NCBI GenBank assembly: GCA_048937405.1
Contig: JBHLNF010000006.1
Location: 128,001-192,000 of the forward strand
Direction: 5' to 3'
Length of the DNA: 64,000 bases
Source of the DNA: Promethearchaeota archaeon
GTDB lineage: Archaea > Asgardarchaeota > Lokiarchaeia > Sigyniarchaeales > SOKP01
Made by a program: the position numbers and the translations under genes. The number at the start of each line of letters is the position of its first letter. The first letter of the stretch is position 1. Below are positions 28,153-38,827 of this stretch, piece by piece. A model generated the notes under the pieces. That model saw only the letters and a list, made by a program, of their open reading frames with translations, was not told the DNA's origin and made no database searches.

Positions 28153-29097
28153 TTGGAGTATTTAACTGAAGAAGAACCCATATCACATAAGATTTTATTT
28201 ACAGGTCTTGACACAGCAGGAAAATCAAGTATAATTCAAGTTCTTAAACGTGAGTTTTCAAAAATCGCTAAAATTCAACCAACCAAAGGAGCTCACAGAA
28301 GAGTTTTTACATTATTAGATAGAGAAGTTAGTGAATGGGACTTAGGTGGTCAAAAGACTTATCGTATATCTTATTTAAAAAATCCAGGCAAATTTTTTGA
28401 TGATACTGAGATTGCTATGTATATAATAGATATACGAAATAAAGATCGAATGAATGAAGCATTAAGTTATCTCAGAGATGTTATTGAACAATTTATAAAA
28501 TTGAAAATAAATCCTCCAATAAACGTTTTCTTTCATAAATGTGATCCGAGTTTGGTGAGAAGTAACCAGGATAATCTAAATAGTTATATCATCGAGTTAA
28601 CCGATAGAATTAAAAACGATATAACCTATGAACCTATTCATTTCTTCCAGACATCTATTTATGATACCTATTCTCTTATGAATGCGATGTCACAAATTTT
28701 ATTAGAATTATATCCAAAGTCTCAATTGTTACAAAAAACAATTGAAGAATTCGCTAAAAAATTAAATTGTGAAGGATTAATGATTATTGATGATAATACA
28801 CTAGTTATTGGTGCCTATTATGAAAATGATGAAGCTAAACTTTTATTAAATAAATCAATTGGTTATTTTCTCACATTAAACGATAATTTTTTAGAAATGG
28901 GATTAGGAGATCAAGAAGACCAGTTCTTAATACATAAGTTAGGGAAATATTTTTTATTCAAACAGTTTAAAATAAAAGTTAGTGTTCAACCATATTATGC
29001 GTTAATCCTGAAATCCTACAATCCATTTGACTTATATTTTCTTAGAAAAGAATATAGTACTTTTATTAATATTATGAATGAAATCATTAGTAAATAG
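28153..29097 (+). CDS. Rag/Arf-like small GTPase with C-terminal roadblock/longin-like domain
   Basis: G1 GLDTAGKS, G2 PTKG, G3 WDLGGQ, G4 HKCD, G5 TSIYD; ~125-aa alpha/beta tail. Confidence 0.85.
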   Translation: MEYLTEEEPISHKILFTGLDTAGKSSIIQVLKREFSKIAKIQPTKGAHRRVFTLLDREVSEWDLGGQKTYRISYLKNPGKFFDDTEIAMYIIDIRNKDRMNEALSYLRDVIEQFIKLKINPPINVFFHKCDPSLVRSNQDNLNSYIIELTDRIKNDITYEPIHFFQTSIYDTYSLMNAMSQILLELYPKSQLLQKTIEEFAKKLNCEGLMIIDDNTLVIGAYYENDEAKLLLNKSIGYFLTLNDNFLEMGLGDQEDQFLIHKLGKYFLFKQFKIKVSVQPYYALILKSYNPFDLYFLRKEYSTFINIMNEIISK

Positions 29098-29313
29098 AAT
29101 TTATATTAATGAGTAATAGATTACAGCTATAGAAATTCGTTTGATCTGTTGAGAGAAATAAAAAAATTACAGCTTTTACCAAACTTATTAAGCGATTTGG
29201 TATAAAAAAAGGAATGAGTGGAATTAAGGCAGCATAGTTCCTTCCATAATTATTTATTTCTTCTTAAGATAATGTCCCTAATGAAATACAATTAATAATA
29301 AATTATGAGTTTT

Positions 29314-29790
29314 TTAAAATCTCTTTTCAAGCACTGTAATAATTGGTTGAAAACCCAATTTGCTAAATACTCCAATTAATTTTTCATCTGTTGTATATGC
29401 AAGGTTAATGCGGATGGAATCAGTTCCCCAGGATTCTAAAATCTGAATTGCCCTATCCGCGAGGAGCTTACCGATCCCCTTTCCTATAAACTCTTTTTTA
29501 GTTGCCCAATTATCTAAATAACCAATATATTGTCCAAGAGTATTTTTTACACCCTCTATCATTCCCATACTTACTACTTGACCTGTTGATTTTAATTCTG
29601 CTATTAATGTGATTCTTTTTAGGTTTGGCTTAAACTGTCTTAAACCTGAAGATTCTCTCCATTGTGTTTCATTAAACCCAATGTCAAACATCTCATTTAG
29701 TTCTTTGAGAATTTCTAAAGTCGCTTCATAATCCGAGGTCCTGTAATTTCTAATAATTATATCTTCTTCTTTAATTTCATCTTTTGACAT
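29314..29790 (-). CDS. GNAT-family acetyltransferase
   Basis: IRNYR..D, motif A FIGKGIGKLL, FSKLGF. Confidence 0.8.
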   Translation of the reverse strand: MSKDEIKEEDIIIRNYRTSDYEATLEILKELNEMFDIGFNETQWRESSGLRQFKPNLKRITLIAELKSTGQVVSMGMIEGVKNTLGQYIGYLDNWATKKEFIGKGIGKLLADRAIQILESWGTDSIRINLAYTTDEKLIGVFSKLGFQPIITVLEKRF

Positions 29791-29804
29791 ATACTTTAAC
29801 CTTT

Positions 29805-30854
29805 TTAACTTGATATTTTATTAATTGACTTTAAATCAATTCTATGAGTAAGAATTTTATGACTATTACCATTATCATCTTCTTGCTTAATAGAGATTAG
29901 ATATTCATTAATTAATGGAACTATTGGTGAAACAAACAAGAGTTCCTCATGAGGGAACCAGAATTCAACCTTTTGAGTCATTACAACCTTTTCAAAAAAT
30001 TCTTTAACATGAGCTATTGTAATAGACATATTTGTTAAGTCTTTTTCTGTATTATTTTGGACAGTAATCTCTAGTTCTTGACTGTTTTCAATGAAATTAA
30101 GATGTGTAATTGAGAGAAGAGATTTTGAACCAATAGGCGTTACTGGTTTATTGGATGTTTCAAATAGATCTACATTTAAAAAGCTACTATTTCCTTTTAG
30201 ATTGCTAAGAGGGGAAAACTCAAAACCTTTAAGAGAAAAATAAGATATTGCTTTTTGCTCTTTGAGAGAGGGAGATTCTGCTCTTTTTTCAATAGCTTTT
30301 GAAAAATAATCTTTAATGGTTTTATCGATTAGTTCTCTCATAAAAACCTTAATTTTTGTTCCTTCAGAAATACATTCTTGAATCTTTGGTGTTTTTATCA
30401 CAGCTTCAGATGCAATTTCACTTTCTATAACCTCAGAGAGTGTTTCCTCAAAATTATCTCGTAGTTCTTCTGTTAATCTTTTTATTAATTCATCTCCGAA
30501 AATATCAATTTCGACAGGTATTGATACAATAATAACTATTGTCTCTGGAGTTTCTTCATGTAATCCAGCTCTTCTTTTCTGTCTTTCTGACTTTACGAGA
30601 AATTTTTTACCAAAGAATGTATACCCTTTATATTCTAAATCTATATGGTCGAGATCTTCAGTTTCTAAAAACCAAACTGGATGAAAATTGATAGGACGCA
30701 TATATCTTTTATCTTTTCTAAGGCGATCATCAGGATACATTAATAATGGTACCTGACCACGCTTTTCATCGAAAAACATGACATATACAACACACAAATC
30801 TTCTTTAGGTTTTTTTTCAACTGTTTTATCAAAAATATCCGACACAGCAACCAA
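29805..30854 (-). CDS. Putative uDENN/longin-domain protein with C-terminal beta-sandwich
   Basis: VYVMFFDEKRGQVPLLMYP resembles the uDENN hhxFDxxxG..hP strand-turn; beta-rich C-terminus. Confidence 0.6.
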   Translation of the reverse strand: MVAVSDIFDKTVEKKPKEDLCVVYVMFFDEKRGQVPLLMYPDDRLRKDKRYMRPINFHPVWFLETEDLDHIDLEYKGYTFFGKKFLVKSERQKRRAGLHEETPETIVIIVSIPVEIDIFGDELIKRLTEELRDNFEETLSEVIESEIASEAVIKTPKIQECISEGTKIKVFMRELIDKTIKDYFSKAIEKRAESPSLKEQKAISYFSLKGFEFSPLSNLKGNSSFLNVDLFETSNKPVTPIGSKSLLSITHLNFIENSQELEITVQNNTEKDLTNMSITIAHVKEFFEKVVMTQKVEFWFPHEELLFVSPIVPLINEYLISIKQEDDNGNSHKILTHRIDLKSINKISS

Positions 30855-31322
30855 TTCAAGAATAATTCAAGGATAATAATAATTAGTTTTTCACAAGAAA
30901 AAATTCTTCTTATTCTAAAAATGTAACTATAAAAAAAGCTTCCTAAATTAAACTTAAAATCTTAATTATAATATAAATAAAATCTGAATTGCTATATATA
31001 GATGTTAAAATTCATTTAGTCTAGCATGATTTTTCTATTAAAATTGAGAACACTTCAAGTTTTAAAGGTTCTCAAGATTATACACTCAAATTATAAACGA
31101 CGAATTTATTGATGGATGGGTATTATCTCATTTGGATTTATCCAATCGTGTACAAAAGTTATTTATAATTCATATTTTTTAACTGTTTTTTTCTCTAAAT
31201 CTATAGTTCCTAATCTATTATATTAAGATTATTATATATTATCTTTTACACATTTAATTTTAATTGAAATAATTAGATTTCTTATAGTATAATATTTAAA
31301 GAAAGAAAATTTTCGTTTTATA

Positions 31323-32288
31323 ATGAAGAATCCGATAATTCAAACTTTTGAGTTAACTAAAATATTTGATAATAAAACGCTTGCCGTTAATAAATTAAAT
31401 ATAACAGTCCATAAGGGAATTTATGGATTTTTAGGACCAAATGGAGCTGGAAAGACTACGACAATAAAGATGCTTATTGGATCACTTAATCCAACTTCAG
31501 GGGAAATAGAAATATTCGGAAAAAATATTACCTCGAATGAAAAGATTAATATCCATAATCTCATAGGCTATGTACCAGAAAATCCAACTTACTTTGTAGA
31601 AATGACCGCGGAAAAATTACTTAAATATATCGGTTCTATTTTTCATATGTCAAAACAAGAAATAAATAGTCGTATATCACATTTATTAAAACTAGTTGAA
31701 TTAACAGATGCGAAATATCGAAAAATTGCTAAATTCTCAGCGGGAATGAAGCAAAGAATTGGGATTGCTCAGGCTTTAATGAATGACCCCGAATTATTAA
31801 TACTTGATGAAATAACGGCTAATCTTGATCCACTTGGTCGAAATCAAATGATAGATCTACTTAAAGATTTACGACAAGATGGAAAAACAATGTTAATTTC
31901 AACACATATACTCCCAGAAGTTCAAAAGATGAGTGCAGATTCAATTGGGATTATTAACCAAGGTAATCTTATTATGGAGGGATCAACTCAAGAATTAAAT
32001 GAAAGATTGGGAACAAAAATGATAAGAATAAGCCCTAATAATAGTCTATTTCGTGATTCTCTTAAACCGATTGTTTCAAAAATTGAAGAAGACGCTGATT
32101 CTTTAATTATTGAAGCTAATGATGTAAAGCAAGTTTGGACTACTATTGCTCAAATTTCATTAAAAAATAATGTGGTTGTTAATGAATTCCGTTTAACTGG
32201 TTTAGAAATTGAAAATATTTTTATGAAAGCACTCGAAAAAGACAATAAAAATGTGGAGCTGAAAAATAATGAAAATGCAGAATTCTAG
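31323..32288 (+). CDS. ABC-2 type transporter ATP-binding protein
   Basis: GPNGAGKT, FSAGMKQR, LILDE, ISTH. Confidence 0.95.
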   Translation: MKNPIIQTFELTKIFDNKTLAVNKLNITVHKGIYGFLGPNGAGKTTTIKMLIGSLNPTSGEIEIFGKNITSNEKINIHNLIGYVPENPTYFVEMTAEKLLKYIGSIFHMSKQEINSRISHLLKLVELTDAKYRKIAKFSAGMKQRIGIAQALMNDPELLILDEITANLDPLGRNQMIDLLKDLRQDGKTMLISTHILPEVQKMSADSIGIINQGNLIMEGSTQELNERLGTKMIRISPNNSLFRDSLKPIVSKIEEDADSLIIEANDVKQVWTTIAQISLKNNVVVNEFRLTGLEIENIFMKALEKDNKNVELKNNENAEF

Positions 32289-34158
32289 ATTTAAAAAGTA
32301 TACTATTCTAATTATTTTATTAATTGCTTCATCAATATTCTACTCAATAATTCAAAATATCTCAACATTCCAAGATCAAAAGAAATCTCATTCAAAATAT
32401 TTACCAAATATGAGTTTAGTATATGATGGTAATGATGTTATACTTCTTGAAGACTCATTTATTAATGAAACCATTTTTATAATGGAAAATGCAGAAATTA
32501 CCCTTATCAATACAACTGTTAAAAATAGCATTTATTTGTTCAATACGGGCATTCTAAATATTCAACAGGAATCAAGTATAACTGATAATATTGTTATTTC
32601 AGATTTTTCAGCAGTAAATATTTCTAATTCAACAATCAATGGAAATATTGAATGTCGTGATTTTTCTTCTTTAAATATGGTTTCAAGTCAAACTGCCTCT
32701 ACAATTATATGGAAATTTAATTCTGCAAACATCACAATTACAAGTAGTTCATTTTTTCAACTTAATGAATTTGGAATAGAAGGCCAAATTCTGATTTTAG
32801 ATTCACTGATAAATAGTGTTAGTCTTAATGGATTATCTTCTTCTGAAGTATATATTAACAGTTCAAATATATTATTTCTTAATGATTTAGCAAAACCACT
32901 TAATTATATTACAGGACCAACTCCAAATAGGTTTGTCTTATCAGAAGAAGGAATAATGTATCAAACAGCTATAAGAACTATAAATCTAACTTGGATAGGA
33001 TGGGATAGCCCAATAATAGATGGATATCTTAATGTTTCTTTCCAAATTTTGATAGATGGGCAATTTTATTATGAAGTGTATGGTTCAGGATTTTATAAAT
33101 ATTTCGTCGGTAGTTTACCCATTAATTTTAGTTCAACTGGAATTCACAATATTTCTCTTGTAAGTATTGATAGCTTAAGAAATAATTTTACATCCACAAT
33201 TACAATAAAAATATCTGAATACCCTTCTTTTAAATGGAATTATTTTGGATTAGGGGTTGGTATGCTTATAATTTTCATAGTTCTATTTGGTATATTATTA
33301 CGTTATCGACAAAATCGTGGATATTCTAGTTCTTTAGGAATTATTTTCAAAACTGAATTAGCTAATAGTAAGATCAAGATTATAATGTTTACGGGTATTG
33401 GAATAGTCCCTGGAATTATACTAAATTTAATATTTAGAATGATAAATCGAAGATTGGGCAGTATCAATATTGATCAGATTCGAAATATAACAAATATCTT
33501 TCTTGGTTTTTATCTTTTATATTTTGGAGTAGCATTTTCAATTGCTTTTGGTTCAAATAGTATTATAGGAGAAAAAAGTAGTGGATCATTATCTTGGTTC
33601 TTTAGTAAACCAGTAAGACGTTGGGAATTTCTGTGGGGAAAAATCTTGGCTTATATTTTGATTATTATTATAATAATGTTAGTTTCATCAATTTCATTTA
33701 CATTAAGTGGAATGTTATATGTAGATAAAATATATTATAATGATTTATTTTCTATTGGAGGATTTGTTTTTCTTATAGGTATAATTACACTAATTCCATT
33801 ACTAGCTATAGGTCTTTTATGCTCAACATTGTTCAAAAAAATAGGATTAGCTATTTTCATTCCAATGTTATTGTTTTTAATTTTTCCTTCATTCGTTAGT
33901 TTTTTACCAATCCTAGTTCGGCATGAATGGCCCCTCCTCTTAACAGATTCTTATTATTATGAAGAATTAGGACGGACTTGGATAGCTAATACAACTGGAG
34001 GATTTAGTACAATTACAGGAACTTTAAGTGAGTCACTCGGTTTCACTATTACTCCAATAAAATTAACACCAGTAAGTATTGTTTTAATATCATCATTTGT
34101 TACTTTAGCTTGTTTAGCTATATCAACCCTTTATTTTCGTAAAATAGATATTCCATAA
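32269..34158 (+). CDS. ABC-2 permease with large N-terminal extracellular beta-rich domain
   Basis: N-terminal TM, N/S/I-rich beta repeats, then GEKSSGSL..FFSKPVRRWEFLWGK and ~6 TM. Confidence 0.85.
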   Translation: MKMQNSRFKKYTILIILLIASSIFYSIIQNISTFQDQKKSHSKYLPNMSLVYDGNDVILLEDSFINETIFIMENAEITLINTTVKNSIYLFNTGILNIQQESSITDNIVISDFSAVNISNSTINGNIECRDFSSLNMVSSQTASTIIWKFNSANITITSSSFFQLNEFGIEGQILILDSLINSVSLNGLSSSEVYINSSNILFLNDLAKPLNYITGPTPNRFVLSEEGIMYQTAIRTINLTWIGWDSPIIDGYLNVSFQILIDGQFYYEVYGSGFYKYFVGSLPINFSSTGIHNISLVSIDSLRNNFTSTITIKISEYPSFKWNYFGLGVGMLIIFIVLFGILLRYRQNRGYSSSLGIIFKTELANSKIKIIMFTGIGIVPGIILNLIFRMINRRLGSINIDQIRNITNIFLGFYLLYFGVAFSIAFGSNSIIGEKSSGSLSWFFSKPVRRWEFLWGKILAYILIIIIIMLVSSISFTLSGMLYVDKIYYNDLFSIGGFVFLIGIITLIPLLAIGLLCSTLFKKIGLAIFIPMLLFLIFPSFVSFLPILVRHEWPLLLTDSYYYEELGRTWIANTTGGFSTITGTLSESLGFTITPIKLTPVSIVLISSFVTLACLAISTLYFRKIDIP

Positions 34159-34371
34159 TTTTTATCGTAAAATTAAAAAAGTAACAATTTAGCATTTCTA
34201 TAACTCAATTAAGATATGAGTTTTATATAATTTATTAAGAACTTATAGATCAGCTTCTCTTCTCATTTTTTTCCTAATTCCCTTCTTCTTTTTAATAATA
34301 TATCACAACAGAATTTTGACTCTTTCGGACAATGAGAGTAAATCACTATCCAAAGAAATGAATTGAATTAT

Positions 34372-35646
34372 TTAATCAAAAAGAAGATTAAAATCCAAAT
34401 AAAGAGTAAATTCTTCTTTAGTACCATCAAACTTCTGTTTTGCGTTATGAATAATAAGTTCAATATTATCAGTATTTATTTTTTCAATCAGTGATTTATC
34501 AAATTTCGACCAATGAGGCATCCCTTCTAAGTATACATTCCATAGAGTTTTAGGTTTATTTTTTGATCTTAATTCAATTTCTTTAGAAAGCAAAATCCAA
34601 AAAAGAATTAATTTATATGAAATTCCAGTGTTAATTTTTAATGCCATACGTTGGAAACTGCCAAATGCTAAAATCATTAAAAATGCTAAGGAGTATCTCA
34701 ATTGGATTTTATAAGTATGGATTAAGTATTTATCTTTTAATGAATCCCAATCTAATTTGTTGAATAATTGATTACTATTCTCATTTACACTACGCCTTAG
34801 TATATCAAAATAAAATTCTTTAGTCAAATATGGCTTTGTTTCAACAAATTGGAATATTCTGAGAGCGCTAGCGAGCCGCCATTCCAACCATTCTTGTGAA
34901 TAACTTATTGCTTTATTTAATGCTACCTCCTTATTTGGCCAGAGATTTAAAATAATTTTTAATTTTGAACTTATCTCATCATAATACTTAATATAATGGT
35001 CAAAAATCTTAGTGTAGAAGTAACCAAGTATATCAATATATGTAAAAACTTCCAATACATCAATGAATTGGTTAATAGCATTTGATTTTAAGATTAGCTC
35101 AATAAATTCTGGATCATTTAATAATGAATAAATCCCATAAAATGTAGATTCTCCAGTAAATATCGTGGCAATAAGTAAATGATACTGAATCAATTTTTTG
35201 ATAAGTAATTTCTCGTTTTTTGAAAATTTAAAAGCATCAAGTAAGTTCATACCTGAAACAAGTTGATAACTATGATATGGATGTTTTTTATTATCAATAT
35301 ATCTCCCAATATCATGATACATTAAGAGGATTGGCAGGATTAATTCATTTTGGGTGTGTTGATTCAAAACTTTTTTTTTAAGTATAATTGATGATTCCTT
35401 CGAAAGGGTTTCATGATAAAATTCTCCATTTTTAATTAAAAAGAATATTTTATAGGATCTGAAGATGTGTCTAATTGTTCTTTGAAATTCATCCTTGTTT
35501 TTCGCTTTAGCATTTTGAAAAATGTCCTTTAAGTTTGGAAATATAGAAATAAGCGAAATAAATTCTTGAGTTATATCAATATTTTCTACTGAATCAACCC
35601 AAGACAATTCTATGTTTTGAAAAAGTTTTTCTAATAAATCCAGCAT
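34372..35646 (-). CDS. Hypothetical protein, possible HD-domain
   Basis: LMYHDIG...HP..S, YHL, IDILG. Confidence 0.6.
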   Translation of the reverse strand: MLDLLEKLFQNIELSWVDSVENIDITQEFISLISIFPNLKDIFQNAKAKNKDEFQRTIRHIFRSYKIFFLIKNGEFYHETLSKESSIILKKKVLNQHTQNELILPILLMYHDIGRYIDNKKHPYHSYQLVSGMNLLDAFKFSKNEKLLIKKLIQYHLLIATIFTGESTFYGIYSLLNDPEFIELILKSNAINQFIDVLEVFTYIDILGYFYTKIFDHYIKYYDEISSKLKIILNLWPNKEVALNKAISYSQEWLEWRLASALRIFQFVETKPYLTKEFYFDILRRSVNENSNQLFNKLDWDSLKDKYLIHTYKIQLRYSLAFLMILAFGSFQRMALKINTGISYKLILFWILLSKEIELRSKNKPKTLWNVYLEGMPHWSKFDKSLIEKINTDNIELIIHNAKQKFDGTKEEFTLYLDFNLLFD

Positions 35647-35649
35647 ATC

Positions 35650-36606
35650 TCATCTAATTCTTTTTTCTAATATTTGAAAAAAAGGTTCTATATCAATATT
35701 GCCACCACTTAATATTAAACCTATTTTTTTATTTTTAACCAGTACTTTTTTTGTTAGTACTGCTGCTAATGGAACTGCTCCAGATGGTTCTACAACCATT
35801 TTCATACGATTCCATAAGAATCTCATCGCTTCAACTATTTCCATTTCAGTTACTGTTATAATTTGATCTACATACTTTCTGATGAAATTAAAAGTTCTCT
35901 CACAAATTGAAGTACGTAATCCATCAGCAATAGTATTTGGATATGTACTTTGTATAATATACCCTGCTTTAAGAGATCTTAACGCGTCATCTGCTAGAGA
36001 GGGTTCAACACCTATCACATTAACGTCTGGAAGTAATCCTTTCGAGGCTATACCTGTACCGCTCAATAAACCACCCCCACCTAAAGGAGAAATAATTATA
36101 TCTAATTTACCAATTTCTTTAATAAGTTCATAAGCTACAGTTCCTGCTCCATTAATTATATTATCATTATCATAAGGATGAATTAAAATCAAATTTTTTT
36201 CTTCTATTAATTTCTTTGTAGTTTTAACTCTGGATCCCAGATTATTTTCACAAAATACTACTTTCGCCCCATATCCTTTGGTTGCATTTATTTTATTCTT
36301 TGGAGCTCCTCTTGGCATTACTATTGTTGAGTCTATTCCTAATATTGAAGCCGCGAGTGCTAAAGCTTGAGCATGGTTACCACTTGAATGAGTTATAACT
36401 CCCTGTTGCTTCTCTTTTTTTAAAAGCAAGCTCAATGAATTGAAGGCACCCCTAAATTTAAAAGCACCTACTCTTTGAAAATTCTCACATTTAAAAAAAA
36501 TTTCTGCGTTCATGAGAGAATTCAATGTTCTTGATTTCATTACTGGTGTCCGATTAACTATATTTCTTATTCTACTATAAGCTTCCTCTATGCCTTGAAA
36601 TGACAT
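35650..36606 (-). CDS. PLP-dependent serine/threonine dehydratase (no ACT domain)
   Basis: KCENFQRVGAFKFRGA, SSGNHAQ, GGGGLLSG, EPSGA, SGGN. Confidence 0.93.
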   Translation of the reverse strand: MSFQGIEEAYSRIRNIVNRTPVMKSRTLNSLMNAEIFFKCENFQRVGAFKFRGAFNSLSLLLKKEKQQGVITHSSGNHAQALALAASILGIDSTIVMPRGAPKNKINATKGYGAKVVFCENNLGSRVKTTKKLIEEKNLILIHPYDNDNIINGAGTVAYELIKEIGKLDIIISPLGGGGLLSGTGIASKGLLPDVNVIGVEPSLADDALRSLKAGYIIQSTYPNTIADGLRTSICERTFNFIRKYVDQIITVTEMEIVEAMRFLWNRMKMVVEPSGAVPLAAVLTKKVLVKNKKIGLILSGGNIDIEPFFQILEKRIR

Positions 36607-36763
36607 CTATAAATGAAATTTTAAATGATGGTTTATATCTTTAGAAGTATTTTAGAATTAAAATGATATAGAAAATTTAAAAATATACGATAGTTTTTAT
36701 CGCTTTGATATGTTCCCACTTTTCTGGCTTATTTTCTTAAAATAGGATATTAGCTTTTTCCAA

Positions 36764-37765
36764 TTATTTTTGCTTTTTTTTTAGAACTAATTCGTAAATC
36801 GCTTGCACATTTTTTTGAAGATCAAAACTGTCAAATTCAATCCCTAATCTGTCGCTTAATAGTGTTGGGATATGTTCTGGTTTAATAAAAATGGGAATTA
36901 TCGGTTTTTGTATTGCTTCGGCAGCCATCCATTCTTTCTTAACAGGAACGGACTCTAGGGCATTAGGAGAACAAAATAAAAGCACAACATCACTTCTCCT
37001 AAGATTATCATTCATATATTCAATTATACTATCATGCATATCTTCTTGCCAATACAGTACTTCACCAATTTCCTTATATCCTTCAAGTTTTCTGGAAAAC
37101 TCAGCAATATTATATAAATCAGCGTCTCTGGTGGCATAACTAACAAAGACTAATAATCCCTCCTTTTTTTCGGGTTCTTTAATTGAAGATACTGACGTTT
37201 CATATCCCGTAGGTGAAGTTACGATTTCTACTTCTTTTTTGAGTTTAAGTATATTCCCTCTAATTTCAGCATTGAACTCTTCATTTAGTATCATATTTTC
37301 AATAATTTCAATTAGCTGAGCTCTATCTAAATTTGTTTTTGAGGCTAAATCATCAAGACTAATTTCTTTATATAATTTAGGTAATGTTTTAATATATTCT
37401 ATCGCATTAGATATTTTAACTTCTTCATATCGCTCTAATTTCTCTGATAAAACTGAGAAAAGTTTATCTCTTGATATCATATTTGTCTTACTTGATTTAG
37501 CAAACATACGAAGTCTGTAATTCATCCCATTTGAATCATATATAATAAGATAATAATTCTTTTCTCTCTCTAATCTATTAATCTCAATATAATTTAATGA
37601 AAACTTTCCTATAGTAATTTTATCATCATCTAATAGAATTTTTCCATAACCATGCGCTCTTGATCTTAATAGGTTCCATGAATAAACCTTTGGTTTAAAA
37701 TTATAGGGTAAAACATACCAATCTTTTCTTTCCCACTTTTCTAATTTTTTTTTTTCTTCTGACAT
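36764..37765 (-). CDS. Variable N-domain - PCI/winged helix - TIR protein
   Basis: YKEISLDDLASKTNL..IENMILNEEFNAEI (PCI-like); VFVSYA..D, LFCSPNALESVPVKKEW, PIIPI (TIR). Confidence 0.85.
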   Translation of the reverse strand: MSEEKKKLEKWERKDWYVLPYNFKPKVYSWNLLRSRAHGYGKILLDDDKITIGKFSLNYIEINRLEREKNYYLIIYDSNGMNYRLRMFAKSSKTNMISRDKLFSVLSEKLERYEEVKISNAIEYIKTLPKLYKEISLDDLASKTNLDRAQLIEIIENMILNEEFNAEIRGNILKLKKEVEIVTSPTGYETSVSSIKEPEKKEGLLVFVSYATRDADLYNIAEFSRKLEGYKEIGEVLYWQEDMHDSIIEYMNDNLRRSDVVLLFCSPNALESVPVKKEWMAAEAIQKPIIPIFIKPEHIPTLLSDRLGIEFDSFDLQKNVQAIYELVLKKKQK

Positions 37766-37783
37766 AATCTAGACCTTTTATGA

Positions 37784-38827
37784 TTAATTTTGCTTTTTTT
37801 TTAATATCAACTCATATATTTCTTGAACATTTCCTTGAAAATTAAAATTGTCAAATTCGATACCTAACCTATCACTTAAAAGGGGAGGGATATGTTCTGC
37901 CTTGAAGAAGATTGGAATTATCGGTTTATTTAAGGATTCCGCAGCCATCCATTCTTTCTTTACAGGAACAGAATCTAACGCATTGGGGGAACAAAATAAA
38001 AGCACGACATCGCTTCTCCCTAGATTATCGTTCATATATTCGATTATACTATCATGCATGTCTTCCTGCCAATATAGTACTTCACCAATTTCATTATATA
38101 CTTCAAGTTTTCTGGCAAGTTCAGCAATATTAAATAAATCAGCATCCTTGGTCGCATAACTTACAAATACCAGCATCCCTTCTTTTTTTTCAGTTTTTTG
38201 AATTACAGAAGTTTCTGAAGTATATCCTGTAGGTGAAGTTACGATTTCTGCTTCTTTTTTGAGTCTAAGCATATTACCTCTAATCTCAGCATTGAACTCT
38301 TCATTTAATATCATACTTTCAATAATTTCAATTAGCTGAGCTCTATCTAAATTTGTTTTTGAAGCTAAATCATCCAAATTTATCTCTTTATATAAATTAT
38401 GAAGAGTCTTAATATATTCTATAGTATCAGATATTCTTTTTTTTTCGTTTATTACAAATTTTTCTTTTAGAATTAAAAAGGCTTTATTTTGCGCTATATT
38501 TCTTTTATTAGGTTTTACTAACCAAGCAATATGTATATAATAACTTCTTCCTTCAATATCTTGTATAGCAACATATTCAAAATTATTTTTATCTTTCCAT
38601 ATGTTTAACTTTCCTATATTAGCATATTTTAAAGAAAAATCACCTATTGAAAATTTGTGATCCTCAATTTTCAATAAATCCTTACCTATAAATCTTTTTT
38701 CACTTAATTTAACCTTACTATGTTCAAAGGTTGGAAAATAATTGAGTTGATATATAGCCCAATCTTTTTTTTTCCACTTTTCTGGCTTTTTTTTTTCTTG
38801 CTTTATTTCTTGAGACATAACCCTCAC
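37784..38827 (-). CDS. Variable N-domain - PCI/winged helix - TIR protein (tandem paralogue)
   Basis: Same PCI-like and TIR motifs; C-terminal ~210 aa nearly identical to 36764..37765. Confidence 0.85.
   Translation of the reverse strand: MRVMSQEIKQEKKKPEKWKKKDWAIYQLNYFPTFEHSKVKLSEKRFIGKDLLKIEDHKFSIGDFSLKYANIGKLNIWKDKNNFEYVAIQDIEGRSYYIHIAWLVKPNKRNIAQNKAFLILKEKFVINEKKRISDTIEYIKTLHNLYKEINLDDLASKTNLDRAQLIEIIESMILNEEFNAEIRGNMLRLKKEAEIVTSPTGYTSETSVIQKTEKKEGMLVFVSYATKDADLFNIAELARKLEVYNEIGEVLYWQEDMHDSIIEYMNDNLGRSDVVLLFCSPNALDSVPVKKEWMAAESLNKPIIPIFFKAEHIPPLLSDRLGIEFDNFNFQGNVQEIYELILKKKQN

Noticed and set aside
29208-29246. GGAATTA/TAGTTCC hairpin as an ncRNA
   Set aside because: Short, between convergent genes; at most a terminator
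34248-34350. Short minus-strand frames with TGA codons downstream of the HD-like gene
   Set aside because: No Cys-motif context, homology or SECIS; not supportable as a selenoprotein or gene
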